Positions 1 to 9,445 of a stretch of DNA of 36,589 nt are shown one piece after another. Each line of letters starts with the position of its first letter. Within the stretch, counting starts at the first letter, position 1. The translations under genes and the position numbers were made by a program. The notes under the pieces are model-generated. The model worked only from the letters and a program-made list of their open reading frames with translations. It was not told the DNA's origin and ran no database searches. The DNA is from Promethearchaeota archaeon (GTDB lineage Archaea > Asgardarchaeota > Lokiarchaeia > Sigyniarchaeales > SOKP01). The DNA is taken from positions 1-36,589 of the forward strand of contig JAEOTZ010000053.1 of assembly GCA_016839585.1 (NCBI GenBank). The letters run 5' to 3'.

Positions 1-98
1 AATTCATAAATATTTATTTCAGGAAAATCAATTTCAGCTGGAATTCCCTCATCATAATGCTTTAACCAAGGTTTTGCGGTATAAGGATTTTCACTCAT
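1..98 (-). CDS. Long-chain fatty-acid--CoA ligase, N-terminal fragment (runs off window start)
   Basis: Manual translation from ATG at 98: MSENPYTAKPWLKHYDEGIPAEIDFPEINIYE. The KPWLKHY..G.P..I..P start is typical of FadD-like acyl-CoA synthetases. Not in the ORF track. Confidence 0.75.
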   Translation of the reverse strand, partial: MSENPYTAKPWLKHYDEGIPAEIDFPEINIYE

Positions 99-180
99 TT
101 TGCTTAATTACCTTTTACTTTTTATTTGAAATGTAACAAATTGATATTATGATTATAAAAAACAATAAAATTTTTAATTA

Positions 181-1533
181 TTATTCTTCAGTAATATTAT
201 CGAGTGCAGTTATAGCAGATTCGCAAACGTAATCACATTCATCATGAACTAAACCTTCCAAACCAGAAATAACTTCGGGATTATTTAGTTTAATTAAACC
301 TAATGCTTCAGAAGCCCTCCATCTCACATCTGGATTCTTATCATCTAAGGATTTTATTAGTGAGGGAACTGCTGGGACTGAAAAAGAACCTAGTTTACCT
401 AAAGCTAATGCTGCTTCTCTTCGTACGATCGCTTTTGGATCTGTTAAAGATTCTTGTAAAGCATTAACTGCTTCTTCCGAACCTTCCCCTATCTTACCTA
501 ATGCTCTTGCTGCTTCAACTCGAATAAATGTTTTTAAAATGCTTTTTTCAAATTTTAAAATATCACTTAGAGTAGGGATTGCTTCTTTTGCGTCTGTACC
601 TATTCCTCCAAGGGCAGAAATTAAAAGCTTTTTCTTAGATGAATTAGATCTTTGCATTGCTTCAATTATGATAGGAACAGCTTCTCTGCCAATACTTCGA
701 AGTGCATCAACAGCTTTTCCACGTATACTCTCAACCTTATCATCAAGCATAGGGCCTAGATTTTCAATGACTTCGGAATTTCTTATCTCCAGTTCACCTA
801 AAACTTCTATAGCACCTTTTCTAACTATTGGATTTCTGTGATTAAGAATTTCTAAAACGTTAGGAATTACTTCTTCTCCGATTTTCGCAAGCGTATCAAT
901 AACTCGATATCTTACTCGCCAATCTTCATCTTCAAGAGCATTTATTAACGTAGGTATCGCTTTAGTAGATCCCCTTCCAATAAGACTTATTGAATGAGCA
1001 GATGTTGTTCTAACTGCCCAACTTACATCCTTAATACTCTTCATTAAATTTGATATAGCATTATACGCATCTGGACCTAATTGTCCTAAAGCTTTTGCTG
1101 CTTCTGCCCGAACTTCCTCATCTTGATCTTTTAATGTATTTATAAGAGTGGAAATGCATTCATCTGAAGCATAACATATTTTTCCTAAAGATGTTGCAAC
1201 ATCCTTTCGAATTGAAACCTCTTCATCTATTAATAATTTACTTAAAGGGGAAACGGCATTATTAGCTATATTCCCTATTTTTCCTAGAGTTCGTGCAGCC
1301 TCACGGCGTATACTCCAATCAGCATCTTGTAAACATCCAATTAGTTTAGGAATTGCTACTTCAGATTTTTGACCTAATTCTCCTAGTACAAATATAGAAT
1401 TGAATCGAATAGATCGGATATCACTGTCTAAATAATTTATTATATCATTGATTATAGATGGATCTTTTTCAATTCTAGAGAGGACTAAATCGACTCTAGC
1501 ATCCCTTAACAGTTTATCTAATGGAGCTGACAT
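181..1533 (-). CDS. HEAT-repeat (PBS lyase HEAT-like) protein, 450 aa
   Basis: About 13 repeats of D.xxx.VR..AA.ALG.IG (e.g. DADWSIRREAARTLGKIG, DQDEEVRAEAAKALGQLG, DKNPDVRWRASEALGLI). GGTGG RBS 7 nt before the ATG; 12 nt downstream of the livF-like gene. Confidence 0.9.
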   Translation of the reverse strand: MSAPLDKLLRDARVDLVLSRIEKDPSIINDIINYLDSDIRSIRFNSIFVLGELGQKSEVAIPKLIGCLQDADWSIRREAARTLGKIGNIANNAVSPLSKLLIDEEVSIRKDVATSLGKICYASDECISTLINTLKDQDEEVRAEAAKALGQLGPDAYNAISNLMKSIKDVSWAVRTTSAHSISLIGRGSTKAIPTLINALEDEDWRVRYRVIDTLAKIGEEVIPNVLEILNHRNPIVRKGAIEVLGELEIRNSEVIENLGPMLDDKVESIRGKAVDALRSIGREAVPIIIEAMQRSNSSKKKLLISALGGIGTDAKEAIPTLSDILKFEKSILKTFIRVEAARALGKIGEGSEEAVNALQESLTDPKAIVRREAALALGKLGSFSVPAVPSLIKSLDDKNPDVRWRASEALGLIKLNNPEVISGLEGLVHDECDYVCESAITALDNITEE

Positions 1534-1545
1534 TTTGATACCACC

Positions 1546-2250
1546 TTATATACCTAAATATACTTGTTTTATTCGAGGTTCTTTTACTAGTTCTTCTTTA
1601 GTACCTCTCATCTCAATTTTCCCCTCTTCAAGAACGTGAATATAGTCTGCTACATTCAACGCTAATACAGCATCTTGTTCAACCAATAAAGTAGTAGTGC
1701 CTTCATCTCTGATCTTTTTGATTGCCTCAAAAATCTGTGCTTTAACTTTTGGAGCTAGCCCTAAAGAAGGTTCATCTAACAAAAGTAATTTAGGATCAGA
1801 CATAATTGCCCGAGCTAATGCTAGCATTTGTTGTTCACCTCCACTTAATGTTCCTGCTCGTTGTTTTTTTCTTTCTTTAAGACGAGGGAATGTTTCGTAC
1901 ACAAAATCTAATAGTTCTTTAAATTTTTTTTTATCTTTTAACGCAAATGATCCCATCTTAAGATTTTCAAGAACAGATAAATCATAGAATAATTTTCGAC
2001 GTTCTGGACAATGGGCGATTCCCTTTTTTGCAATCTCATGAGGTTCTAATTCATCAATACGTTCTCCTAGGAATATCACTTTTCCTCTATCAGGTTCTTC
2101 TAAACCAGATATAACTCTAAGCAGAGTAGTTTTTCCAGCACCATTTGGTCCAATAACAGCATCTAGAGCTTTTTCATCAACTTGTAGATTAACCTCCTCA
2201 AGCGCTTTTGCGCTACCATAATAATGATATATTTTTCTTATTTCAAGCAA
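1546..2250 (-). CDS. livF: HAAT/LIV-family ABC transporter ATP-binding subunit (LivF-like)
   Basis: Walker A GPNGAGKTT, signature LSGGEQQM, Walker B LLLLDEPSLGLAP, LLVEQ. Start probably TTG at 2250 after GAGGTGA (track uses GTG at 2259). Confidence 0.92.
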   Translation of the reverse strand: MLEIRKIYHYYGSAKALEEVNLQVDEKALDAVIGPNGAGKTTLLRVISGLEEPDRGKVIFLGERIDELEPHEIAKKGIAHCPERRKLFYDLSVLENLKMGSFALKDKKKFKELLDFVYETFPRLKERKKQRAGTLSGGEQQMLALARAIMSDPKLLLLDEPSLGLAPKVKAQIFEAIKKIRDEGTTTLLVEQDAVLALNVADYIHVLEEGKIEMRGTKEELVKEPRIKQVYLGI

Positions 2251-2983
2251 AACCTTCACCTCTTCCTAAATATGCTTCAAGGACAATTTTATGACCTGCT
2301 ACCTCCCTAGGAGGTCCATCAGCAATGAGTTTACCTTGATGCATTGCAAGTACTCTTGGAACTAAGGTCATTAGTTCACGTAAAACATGACCTGTCATAA
2401 ATATTGTTACACCATCATCATGTAATTTATTAATTAAATCAGTAATTCCCAATTGCTCTTCGTGTGATAAACCACTAAATGGCTCATCAAGAAGAAGTAA
2501 TTGTGGATTGGTTCCAACTGCTTTACCAATTTGTAATTTTCTTAAATCTCCATGTGGTAATACTATTGGTGGTATCCTAGCTTTATCTACAAGACCTACA
2601 GCTGTAAGTATTGAGCTAGCGTACTCTTCCGTACCTATATCTTTAGAAACTTTTTTACCTCTTGGGGAAAGACATGAAACTGATACATTATCAAGAATTG
2701 TGAGGAATTTAAAGGACCTTACTAACTGGAACGTTCGAGCAATCCCCAAATTAACAATTTTATAAGGACTCATGCCAGTAATATTGATCCCATCAAATCG
2801 AATACTACCAGCATTAGGTTTTTCAAATCCCGTTAATAAGTTAAATATGGTGGTTTTTCCTGCTCCATTAGGGCCAATCAAGCCAATAAATTCTCCACGT
2901 TCGATTTCAAAACTAAAATCATTAACTGCTGTAAGCCCACCAAACTTTTTTGTTAAATTTTTTACTTCTAGAATGACTCCCAT
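2243..2983 (-). CDS. livG: HAAT/LIV-family ABC transporter ATP-binding subunit (LivG-like)
   Basis: KKFGGLTAV, GLIGPNGAGKTT, GIARTFQ, LLLLDEP, C-terminal VLEAYLG. Confidence 0.92.
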   Translation of the reverse strand: MGVILEVKNLTKKFGGLTAVNDFSFEIERGEFIGLIGPNGAGKTTIFNLLTGFEKPNAGSIRFDGINITGMSPYKIVNLGIARTFQLVRSFKFLTILDNVSVSCLSPRGKKVSKDIGTEEYASSILTAVGLVDKARIPPIVLPHGDLRKLQIGKAVGTNPQLLLLDEPFSGLSHEEQLGITDLINKLHDDGVTIFMTGHVLRELMTLVPRVLAMHQGKLIADGPPREVAGHKIVLEAYLGRGEGFA

Positions 2984-3022
2984 TTTTTAATTCACATACT
3001 TTTGTTAATTTATATTGAAAAT

Positions 3023-4258
3023 TTATCTACCTAATAAAATATCCCATAAATTTTTAAGACGTTCAATAGCAGATTTCAAAACTCCAGCTCCTGCAAATCT
3101 AATTACAAGTATTAAAAGCACAGAAAATATTAATGCATCATCAAGAAAGTCTGCAGCACCTGCTGGGAGCCATTGGAAATCTGCTACACCCCTAAGTATT
3201 TCAATGAGAAATATGAAGAAAAAGGCACCTACTCCTGCTCCTGATATTGTGGCTATTCCCCCTATAGCAACCATCACTAGAGGGTAAAATGAATAAGTGG
3301 TCCCAAAGATTTGAGCACTAACTGCTGTATTGCGCATAGTAAAAAAACCACCGGCTATCCCTGCAAAGAATGCACTTATCACAAATGCTAAAATTTTATA
3401 TCTCGTTGTATGAATCCCTGAAGCTTCTGCACCTGTTTCATCATCTCGGATTGATTTAAAAACTGTACCAAGTTTTGAATTCCCAATCGCTTTCATAATT
3501 GTAAGTGATATAATCACAAAAATAAACACAATATAATATTCAATGATTACATTTTCTGATAAGCGTGGAACACCGAATAACCCAGTTGAACCATAAAGAA
3601 TTGTTGGCATTGCAAATAAAAGATATAAGATACTGGCAAATGATAAAGTTCCTAAAGCAAGGTAAGGTCCTTTTAATCTTAGTGTGGGAATACCAATAAT
3701 TAAACTAATGAGTACTGCGATTAATGCTCCAAAAAATAGAGAGGGTAACCATGGCCAATTTTGAATAAGTATACGATCTGCCGTGACATATCCTGCAAAT
3801 CCGAAAAAGGCAGCTTGACCAAAACTAACTTGACCAGTATATCCTGCCAAAAAATCCCAACTTGCGGCATAAATAGTATATATCATAGCTACAATAAACA
3901 TTGACCCTAAATAATAAGCATTTTGAGTCAATAAAGGGATAATGGCAATTATAAGCATACAGAATAGAGTTAAACCTCCTTTGAAGGTTCCAAGCCAAGC
4001 CATCAGACGTCTTATTGCTGAAGGAATGAGTTTAAAATTACGTTTTATTGCTGCCCACAATATTGTAAAATTAAAAGCCAAGTATAGAAAACCGAAGTAA
4101 AACAAAGTAAAGTAAAGAATAGTTGACAAAATTAAACTAGTATAACCAAAGTAATAAAGTAGAGTAAGTATATAAGTTAGTTCAACCAAGTAAAATACCG
4201 AAACACAGATAACAAAAAGTGAATTTTCTTTTATCCTGTTAAGAAATCTTATTTGCAT
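3023..4258 (-). CDS. livM: HAAT/LIV-family ABC permease (LivM-like) with N-terminal hydrophobic extension
   Basis: GYTGQVSFGQAAFFG, LRLKGPYLALGTL, SIRDDETGAEASGI, KILAFVISAFFAGIAG; AGGAGG RBS. Confidence 0.9.
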   Translation of the reverse strand: MQIRFLNRIKENSLFVICVSVFYLVELTYILTLLYYFGYTSLILSTILYFTLFYFGFLYLAFNFTILWAAIKRNFKLIPSAIRRLMAWLGTFKGGLTLFCMLIIAIIPLLTQNAYYLGSMFIVAMIYTIYAASWDFLAGYTGQVSFGQAAFFGFAGYVTADRILIQNWPWLPSLFFGALIAVLISLIIGIPTLRLKGPYLALGTLSFASILYLLFAMPTILYGSTGLFGVPRLSENVIIEYYIVFIFVIISLTIMKAIGNSKLGTVFKSIRDDETGAEASGIHTTRYKILAFVISAFFAGIAGGFFTMRNTAVSAQIFGTTYSFYPLVMVAIGGIATISGAGVGAFFFIFLIEILRGVADFQWLPAGAADFLDDALIFSVLLILVIRFAGAGVLKSAIERLKNLWDILLGR

Positions 4259-4295
4259 TTTCCTTTTTCCTCCTTAATCTCCTCTTTTCAATAAA

Positions 4296-5183
4296 TTAAT
4301 CAATCTCCTTCTTTCCAAGGATTCCCTGAGGTCTTAACGCAAGCATCACTACAATAACAAACATAGGAACTAAAGTAGAGATAGCTGGATCTATAAAGAC
4401 TCGAGTAAAATGACTAGCATATGATAAAATGAAAGCCCCAAGTACACTGCCGGGAAGACTTCCCATTCCTCCAAGAATCACCACAGCAAACGAATTTGTT
4501 AAGATAACCCATCCCTGCCATGGAGCTATGGGATATGATGGTACATATATAACAGCAGCCACACCAGCAAGAAAGGCAGAAATCATTACGGTAAACATGA
4601 GAACCCTATCAGCATTTATCCCCATAAGCGTTGCTGCCTCTCGGTCTTGAGAAATAGCACGAATTGACGTACCGAGCTTTGATTTACTGATAAATAATGT
4701 TATTAAACTTACAATTAGGAAAGAAATTATCAGAATGAAAACATAGTCATAAGGAATAATGGTTCCGAATAATTCAAAAGAAACAGTTCCTTTAATTTCT
4801 ATTAAGTTAGGTAAGGTAGATTCTTTTTCAAAACCTAGTATAGAACATCCAAGTTTTACAATCTGTTCTATGAAAAAAGCAATGGCAAAAGTTACCATTA
4901 CAACACTTAATTGACTTTTTTTTTCTAACGGTTTAATAAGTGCTAAATATGAAATTCCTCCAATAAGAGTAACAATAATTAATGCTAAAACAACCGATGT
5001 GAATAAACCCAGGGTTCCTAAATACCAATATAACATATATCCAGCAATTAAGTAAAATGCACCATGAGCTAAATTCATAATTCCTCCAGTCCCATATACT
5101 AAAGAATAACCTACTGCTATCAACATATATACTGCTCCTTCTACAGACCCAAGTACTAATACTTGCATAATATCAGTTAGCAT
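4296..5183 (-). CDS. livH: HAAT/LIV-family ABC permease (LivH-like)
   Basis: LIAVGYSLVYG..GIMNLAHG, GTSIRAISQDREAATLMGIN, VVILGGMGSLPG, RPQGILG. Confidence 0.92.
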   Translation of the reverse strand: MLTDIMQVLVLGSVEGAVYMLIAVGYSLVYGTGGIMNLAHGAFYLIAGYMLYWYLGTLGLFTSVVLALIIVTLIGGISYLALIKPLEKKSQLSVVMVTFAIAFFIEQIVKLGCSILGFEKESTLPNLIEIKGTVSFELFGTIIPYDYVFILIISFLIVSLITLFISKSKLGTSIRAISQDREAATLMGINADRVLMFTVMISAFLAGVAAVIYVPSYPIAPWQGWVILTNSFAVVILGGMGSLPGSVLGAFILSYASHFTRVFIDPAISTLVPMFVIVVMLALRPQGILGKKEID

Positions 5184-5433
5184 AACAATATGACCTAGCG
5201 AGATTTTTTAAATTATTATATTTTTAGATAATTTATAATTTTTTATTATTTGTAATTTTACTCCATTTTTTATAAAGATAATTGTTTGTAATTTGTAAGA
5301 AGACCTTTTTGTATAGACAATCTGAAGATATGTTATATAAAATAATTATAAAGTAAGTATAGAGTAGTTAAATATTAAAAGAATAAAGAAAAAAAAATGT
5401 TGGAATTTAATTAATCAAATAATATTTCTCAAA

Positions 5434-7041
5434 TTAGCGAACTGGCCATGTTATATTTGCTGTTATAACTTGTCCCCATGGCTGATCAGTGTACATTGGA
5501 GGTTCCCAAGATCCTAACCCAAAGTAGGTGCCCAACATGTAGTCGTCACTTATACCAGGTATAGGTCCTAATGGAACACATTCCCATTTACCTAGAGTTG
5601 GATTTGCTGAATCATATACCCATTGGACAAAAACAGCATGCCCTAAGGGTTCTGAACCTTCCACTACATCATGTCTTGTGTGTTGGATACCTGCAGTTGC
5701 GCTATCCACATCTCGATGATAAGTTCCATCAGTCCAAAAACTAATAGTGGCAGTTGGAGAACCCATTCCATATTTTGGCATTCTTGGGATACCAGTTGGG
5801 GTGGTCCAATTGGGGTCTATTCCTTGCCATTCAGATTTCTCCAATTCAGCTAATACATCATCAGTGGCTAATGATTGACCATCAATTATAGAAGTAACTA
5901 CTGCTTGTACAGCATCATACGCACCTGTTGCCGTATAAATAGGAGCCGTGCTAAAATTTCCTACATAATGATCCCAAAATGGGATAGTAAAGGGTGTTTT
6001 AGCATGTCTGATAAAACTCGTCATAGCAATTTCATATTCACAATTTCCTCCTGTTTGTTCCCAGAATATATTTTGTTGTCCCATAACATTTATACCTAGT
6101 GAAAGGGATGGCTGGTTAGTATCACCATATACATCAGAATAATATAATCCGGTTGGTCCTGAGATTATAGGGATAGTAACATCAGCTCCTGAAGCCTTAA
6201 TATCTGCCCAGTATCCATAAAAGTTAACTGGTCCAGCGGTTTGGGGATAAGCGATCTCTTCAACAACTTGTAGCCTATTATCTCCATATATAAAAGCAGA
6301 GAAAAATGGCATAAGACCATTAATAGAACCAGACATTCTAGCTGTCCACGCTAAGTCCTCTCTCATAATTGCGATTTTAGTTATATTTTTGTCATGATTT
6401 TCCTTTTGATCTACTATTGTTGCTGCCAACATTCTAATAACTTCTCCCGCAAGAAATACTTCGTTGAGAGGTTGGATTCTGAATGTATATTTGTATTTAT
6501 TATAGTCATTATAAACATCTTGGCAGAATTTTGCTGTTGCGCTCCCTGTAATGAAAAAGATTTTCTTAGCGTCCATTACGATCTCTCTATACGCTTGCAA
6601 TGCTTCTGTTCTGAACCCACCGAGTATGAATTGAGCCTTTTTATAATATATCATCCTTTCAGCAGCAGCAACTCCCCTAGATAAGTCAAGTGCGGGATTA
6701 GCTTCTTCTGTATCTTCAGTTTCTATTCCAACGTAATAGGTTTCATTGCCAATATTTACGCCTCCCCTCGTATTAATTTCATAAGCTGCCAACCTAGCCC
6801 CATTCTCTGCTCCTTTACCGGTGATATACCCCATATCATCAAGTACTCCAAACTTAATTATCCGATTCTGAGGAACCTCCTCATCTATTCCCGGTACAGT
6901 GTCCATTATATCGTCTGTTGTATTGTCCCATTTATATTCAGCAGCCTCGGAAATTAAAAAGAAATAAGCACCTGCGCCAATACCAACACCAATAACTGCA
7001 ACAAGAACAATCGCTAATATTCTTTGCATTGATTTTTTCAT
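5434..7041 (-). CDS. Membrane-anchored ABC substrate-binding protein, LivJ/K (type I periplasmic binding) family, ~535 aa
   Basis: N-terminal TM anchor (ILAIVLVAVIGVGIGAGAYFFLI), IKFGVL, GARLAAYEINTRGGV, FILGGFRTE, YDAV. Start reassigned to ATG 7041 (MKKSMQR), 7 nt past the end of the duplicated promoter; the track start at 7080 lies inside the repeat. Confidence 0.88.
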   Translation of the reverse strand: MKKSMQRILAIVLVAVIGVGIGAGAYFFLISEAAEYKWDNTTDDIMDTVPGIDEEVPQNRIIKFGVLDDMGYITGKGAENGARLAAYEINTRGGVNIGNETYYVGIETEDTEEANPALDLSRGVAAAERMIYYKKAQFILGGFRTEALQAYREIVMDAKKIFFITGSATAKFCQDVYNDYNKYKYTFRIQPLNEVFLAGEVIRMLAATIVDQKENHDKNITKIAIMREDLAWTARMSGSINGLMPFFSAFIYGDNRLQVVEEIAYPQTAGPVNFYGYWADIKASGADVTIPIISGPTGLYYSDVYGDTNQPSLSLGINVMGQQNIFWEQTGGNCEYEIAMTSFIRHAKTPFTIPFWDHYVGNFSTAPIYTATGAYDAVQAVVTSIIDGQSLATDDVLAELEKSEWQGIDPNWTTPTGIPRMPKYGMGSPTATISFWTDGTYHRDVDSATAGIQHTRHDVVEGSEPLGHAVFVQWVYDSANPTLGKWECVPLGPIPGISDDYMLGTYFGLGSWEPPMYTDQPWGQVITANITWPVR

Positions 7042-7048
7042 TTTATAA

Positions 7049-7128
7049 ATCACTTTTTTATTAGATTTTACATTGATCAATTTACTATTTTATTAAACTA
7101 TTATTTAAACATTTACACTTTTTCAAAA
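7049..7128 (-). repeat. Left arm of perfect 80-bp inverted repeat (promoter/5'UTR of the binding-protein gene)
   Basis: Reverse complement of 7049-7128 is identical base for base to 7697-7776. Confidence 0.97.
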
Positions 7129-7696
7129 ATTAATTACTAAATTTTGTCGTATTTTTTTCTATTTTAAAAAGAAATTGGCATTTAAAACCTGCAAATAATA
7201 ATTTCCAAGTCATAAATCCGATAATATAGATTTAATAGTTGATATAAGCAAGTAAAAAAACTCATTAAAGATATCTTTATTGATGAAACAAACGTAAGGC
7301 TATTTATTTTACTACTGAAATTTTTAATTACTCTCATCTTCCAATATAAAAAATATTTCATACAAAAGAGTTAGATAAAAAATTGCAGAATAAAACAGGT
7401 TTACACTAGATTATCACTAATATTTTTTAAAGTCTATAAGAAAAGGAAAGTACATAAGTTATGCGAGAAAAAAGAAATAAGATTCTAGAATTATCAGTAT
7501 TTCAACAATAAGAAATAACTAAATTAAGATGTAACTATATTTTCTTTATTCCCTTATCTTATATTAAATTACATTTTCGCCAATTCCCATTTGAGAAATT
7601 TTAAATGAGAAAATTGTCAATTCGAGCTAAGTCAGAAAAATTATGGAGCTTTAATCTTAATTGTTGAATTTATTTGATGAGATTTTGAAAATTTAA

Positions 7697-7776
7697 TTTT
7701 GAAAAAGTGTAAATGTTTAAATAATAGTTTAATAAAATAGTAAATTGATCAATGTAAAATCTAATAAAAAAGTGAT
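7697..7776 (+). repeat. Right arm of perfect 80-bp inverted repeat (promoter/5'UTR of the 531-aa gene)
   Basis: TTTTGAAAAAGTGTAAATGTTTAAATAATAG...TAAATTGATCAATGTA...AAAAGTGAT. Contains TATA-like TTTAAATA (7716-7723), near-palindrome TAAATTGATCAATGTA (7741-7756) and RBS-like AGTGA; the arm ends 8 nt before ATG 7785. Confidence 0.97.
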
Positions 7777-7784
7777 AAAATTTT

Positions 7785-9380
7785 ATGTCAAAGAAAACTA
7801 CTATAATTGGGATTGTAGTTCTAGTTCTTGGCGCAATAGCGATACCAAGTGGAATATTCGCAAGTGATTATATTCGAACCCTAGTCCACGATGGAGTTTG
7901 TGAGGGTTTATTAGATATTCAAGATGGTGTTATTGAAGATGGTGAAGACACAGTAGCAACTTTAGCGATCCCTGAAGTTCTTCTTGGAGTTAAAGCAGAA
8001 GCAGATGCTGCATTACCCGATATTGTTTTGGGAGGAACCACTGCGTATACACTAAATGAAACTATAAGCGGTATTGCTGATATATTAGGTATGACCACTA
8101 CATTGGAATTGTTCTTTAATAATGAAAGTTTCTCATTGATAACCCCATCTCCATATGAAGGTGTAACAGAATATGTTACAGGGCTGCCATATACATTAAA
8201 TTTCACAGCTGGTGCTCAAAATGCCTTAATGAACACTGGTATTACTATAACTACGGATTTATATAACAGAACTATTCCAGGTATTATAGAAGATACTACC
8301 TTCGGATTTGGAGTTTTATATTTTCTTGAAGCGTATCAAGCTGCGGCTACTTCAGTTCCAGGAGTAAATGCTTCCATGCAAGCTGGTTATGGTGCTGCCT
8401 GGGGACAACTTTCTGCAATGGCATTATATCTAACCGATTATTGGTTTCCAAATGTAGTTCTCTACTACATGGGTCTAGGTACTTCTGTAGCAGAAGTTGC
8501 TGAAAATATGTTATATGAACAATGGGCAAATGGTACTTATGCACCTACTGGCCTTGACCTTAGTCTTTTAAGTGATTTAATAACAGAACCACTTACAGGT
8601 TTAGAAGCAGGGGTTCCCACTCCAACAGGTATAACGTTAGGTACAGCTAAGGATCTGTTTAATGATACTCTTCCTTTAGCATTTACAAACGAGGATGGAA
8701 TTTGGGTATGGGCATGGGCTGCTGGAGCAGCACCTCCACCATATGATGCTCTTAATGCTACTTTATTAGTAAGTACTTTTGGTCTTCACCCAGTTACTCA
8801 GTTACCATTAGTACTTAACTGGTTATTTAACGTTTTCAAGCCAGATGTTGTTCCACCTCTGATCTTAGCATCTGAAGGATTAACAATGTGGGAGTTAACT
8901 AATGAAAGGTTATTCTTACCTCAATGGGCTAATGGAACTTATTTCCCAACTGGTCTTGATCTTACCGGTGTACCTAATAAGGGTAAAGGTTGGGAGATAG
9001 GAGTAACAAACGATTTACCGACACCTACAGGTATAACAGTTGATTCAGCAGTACTTCTTTTTACTGAAACTAATGCATTAGCTCTAGTTAATGACGATGG
9101 TCTTGATAGATGGTATAAGGCAAAAGTTAATGATTCCAACTATGTTGCTTTAAAAGCAGGTAATTTATTAACAGATGCACAAATGTTATTGCTTATGGAC
9201 TATATACCTAGATTCAGAGATGATGTTGTACCATACCTAGCGGAATATAAATACGATTTGCCAACTGATGCCTATACATTAGCAGATGGACTATTATATG
9301 GATTAATGATCCCTGGAATTGCTCTTCTTGCTCTTGGTGGAGTAGCATTAGTTGTATCCATAATTAAAAGGAAATCGTAA
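7785..9380 (+). CDS. Cell-surface protein with N- and C-terminal TM helices and ~134-aa internal repeats (CD36/LIMP-2-like hairpin topology)
   Basis: TM at both ends. Repeats QWANGTY.PTGLDL...G.E.GV..PTPTGIT...A..LF.....LA..N.DG...W at 8520 and 8922 (period 402 nt). About 10 N-x-S/T sequons. Confidence 0.85.
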   Translation: MSKKTTIIGIVVLVLGAIAIPSGIFASDYIRTLVHDGVCEGLLDIQDGVIEDGEDTVATLAIPEVLLGVKAEADAALPDIVLGGTTAYTLNETISGIADILGMTTTLELFFNNESFSLITPSPYEGVTEYVTGLPYTLNFTAGAQNALMNTGITITTDLYNRTIPGIIEDTTFGFGVLYFLEAYQAAATSVPGVNASMQAGYGAAWGQLSAMALYLTDYWFPNVVLYYMGLGTSVAEVAENMLYEQWANGTYAPTGLDLSLLSDLITEPLTGLEAGVPTPTGITLGTAKDLFNDTLPLAFTNEDGIWVWAWAAGAAPPPYDALNATLLVSTFGLHPVTQLPLVLNWLFNVFKPDVVPPLILASEGLTMWELTNERLFLPQWANGTYFPTGLDLTGVPNKGKGWEIGVTNDLPTPTGITVDSAVLLFTETNALALVNDDGLDRWYKAKVNDSNYVALKAGNLLTDAQMLLLMDYIPRFRDDVVPYLAEYKYDLPTDAYTLADGLLYGLMIPGIALLALGGVALVVSIIKRKS

Positions 9381-9445
9381 TAAAAGCGACAAAAGTAGAA
9401 CATACTTATCTAAAATTTACTTTTTTTTTTATTTTTTAAAAGAGT

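Noticed and set aside
7042-7080. Track N-terminal extension of the binding protein (MINVKSNKKVIYK)
   Set aside because: It lies in the duplicated promoter/UTR; symmetry with the other arm points to ATG 7041.
7049-7776. MITE or IS with 80-bp terminal inverted repeats
   Set aside because: No target-site duplication (flanks TTTTATAA versus AAAATTTT), no transposase, and the arms are positioned precisely as promoter/RBS units of the two genes.
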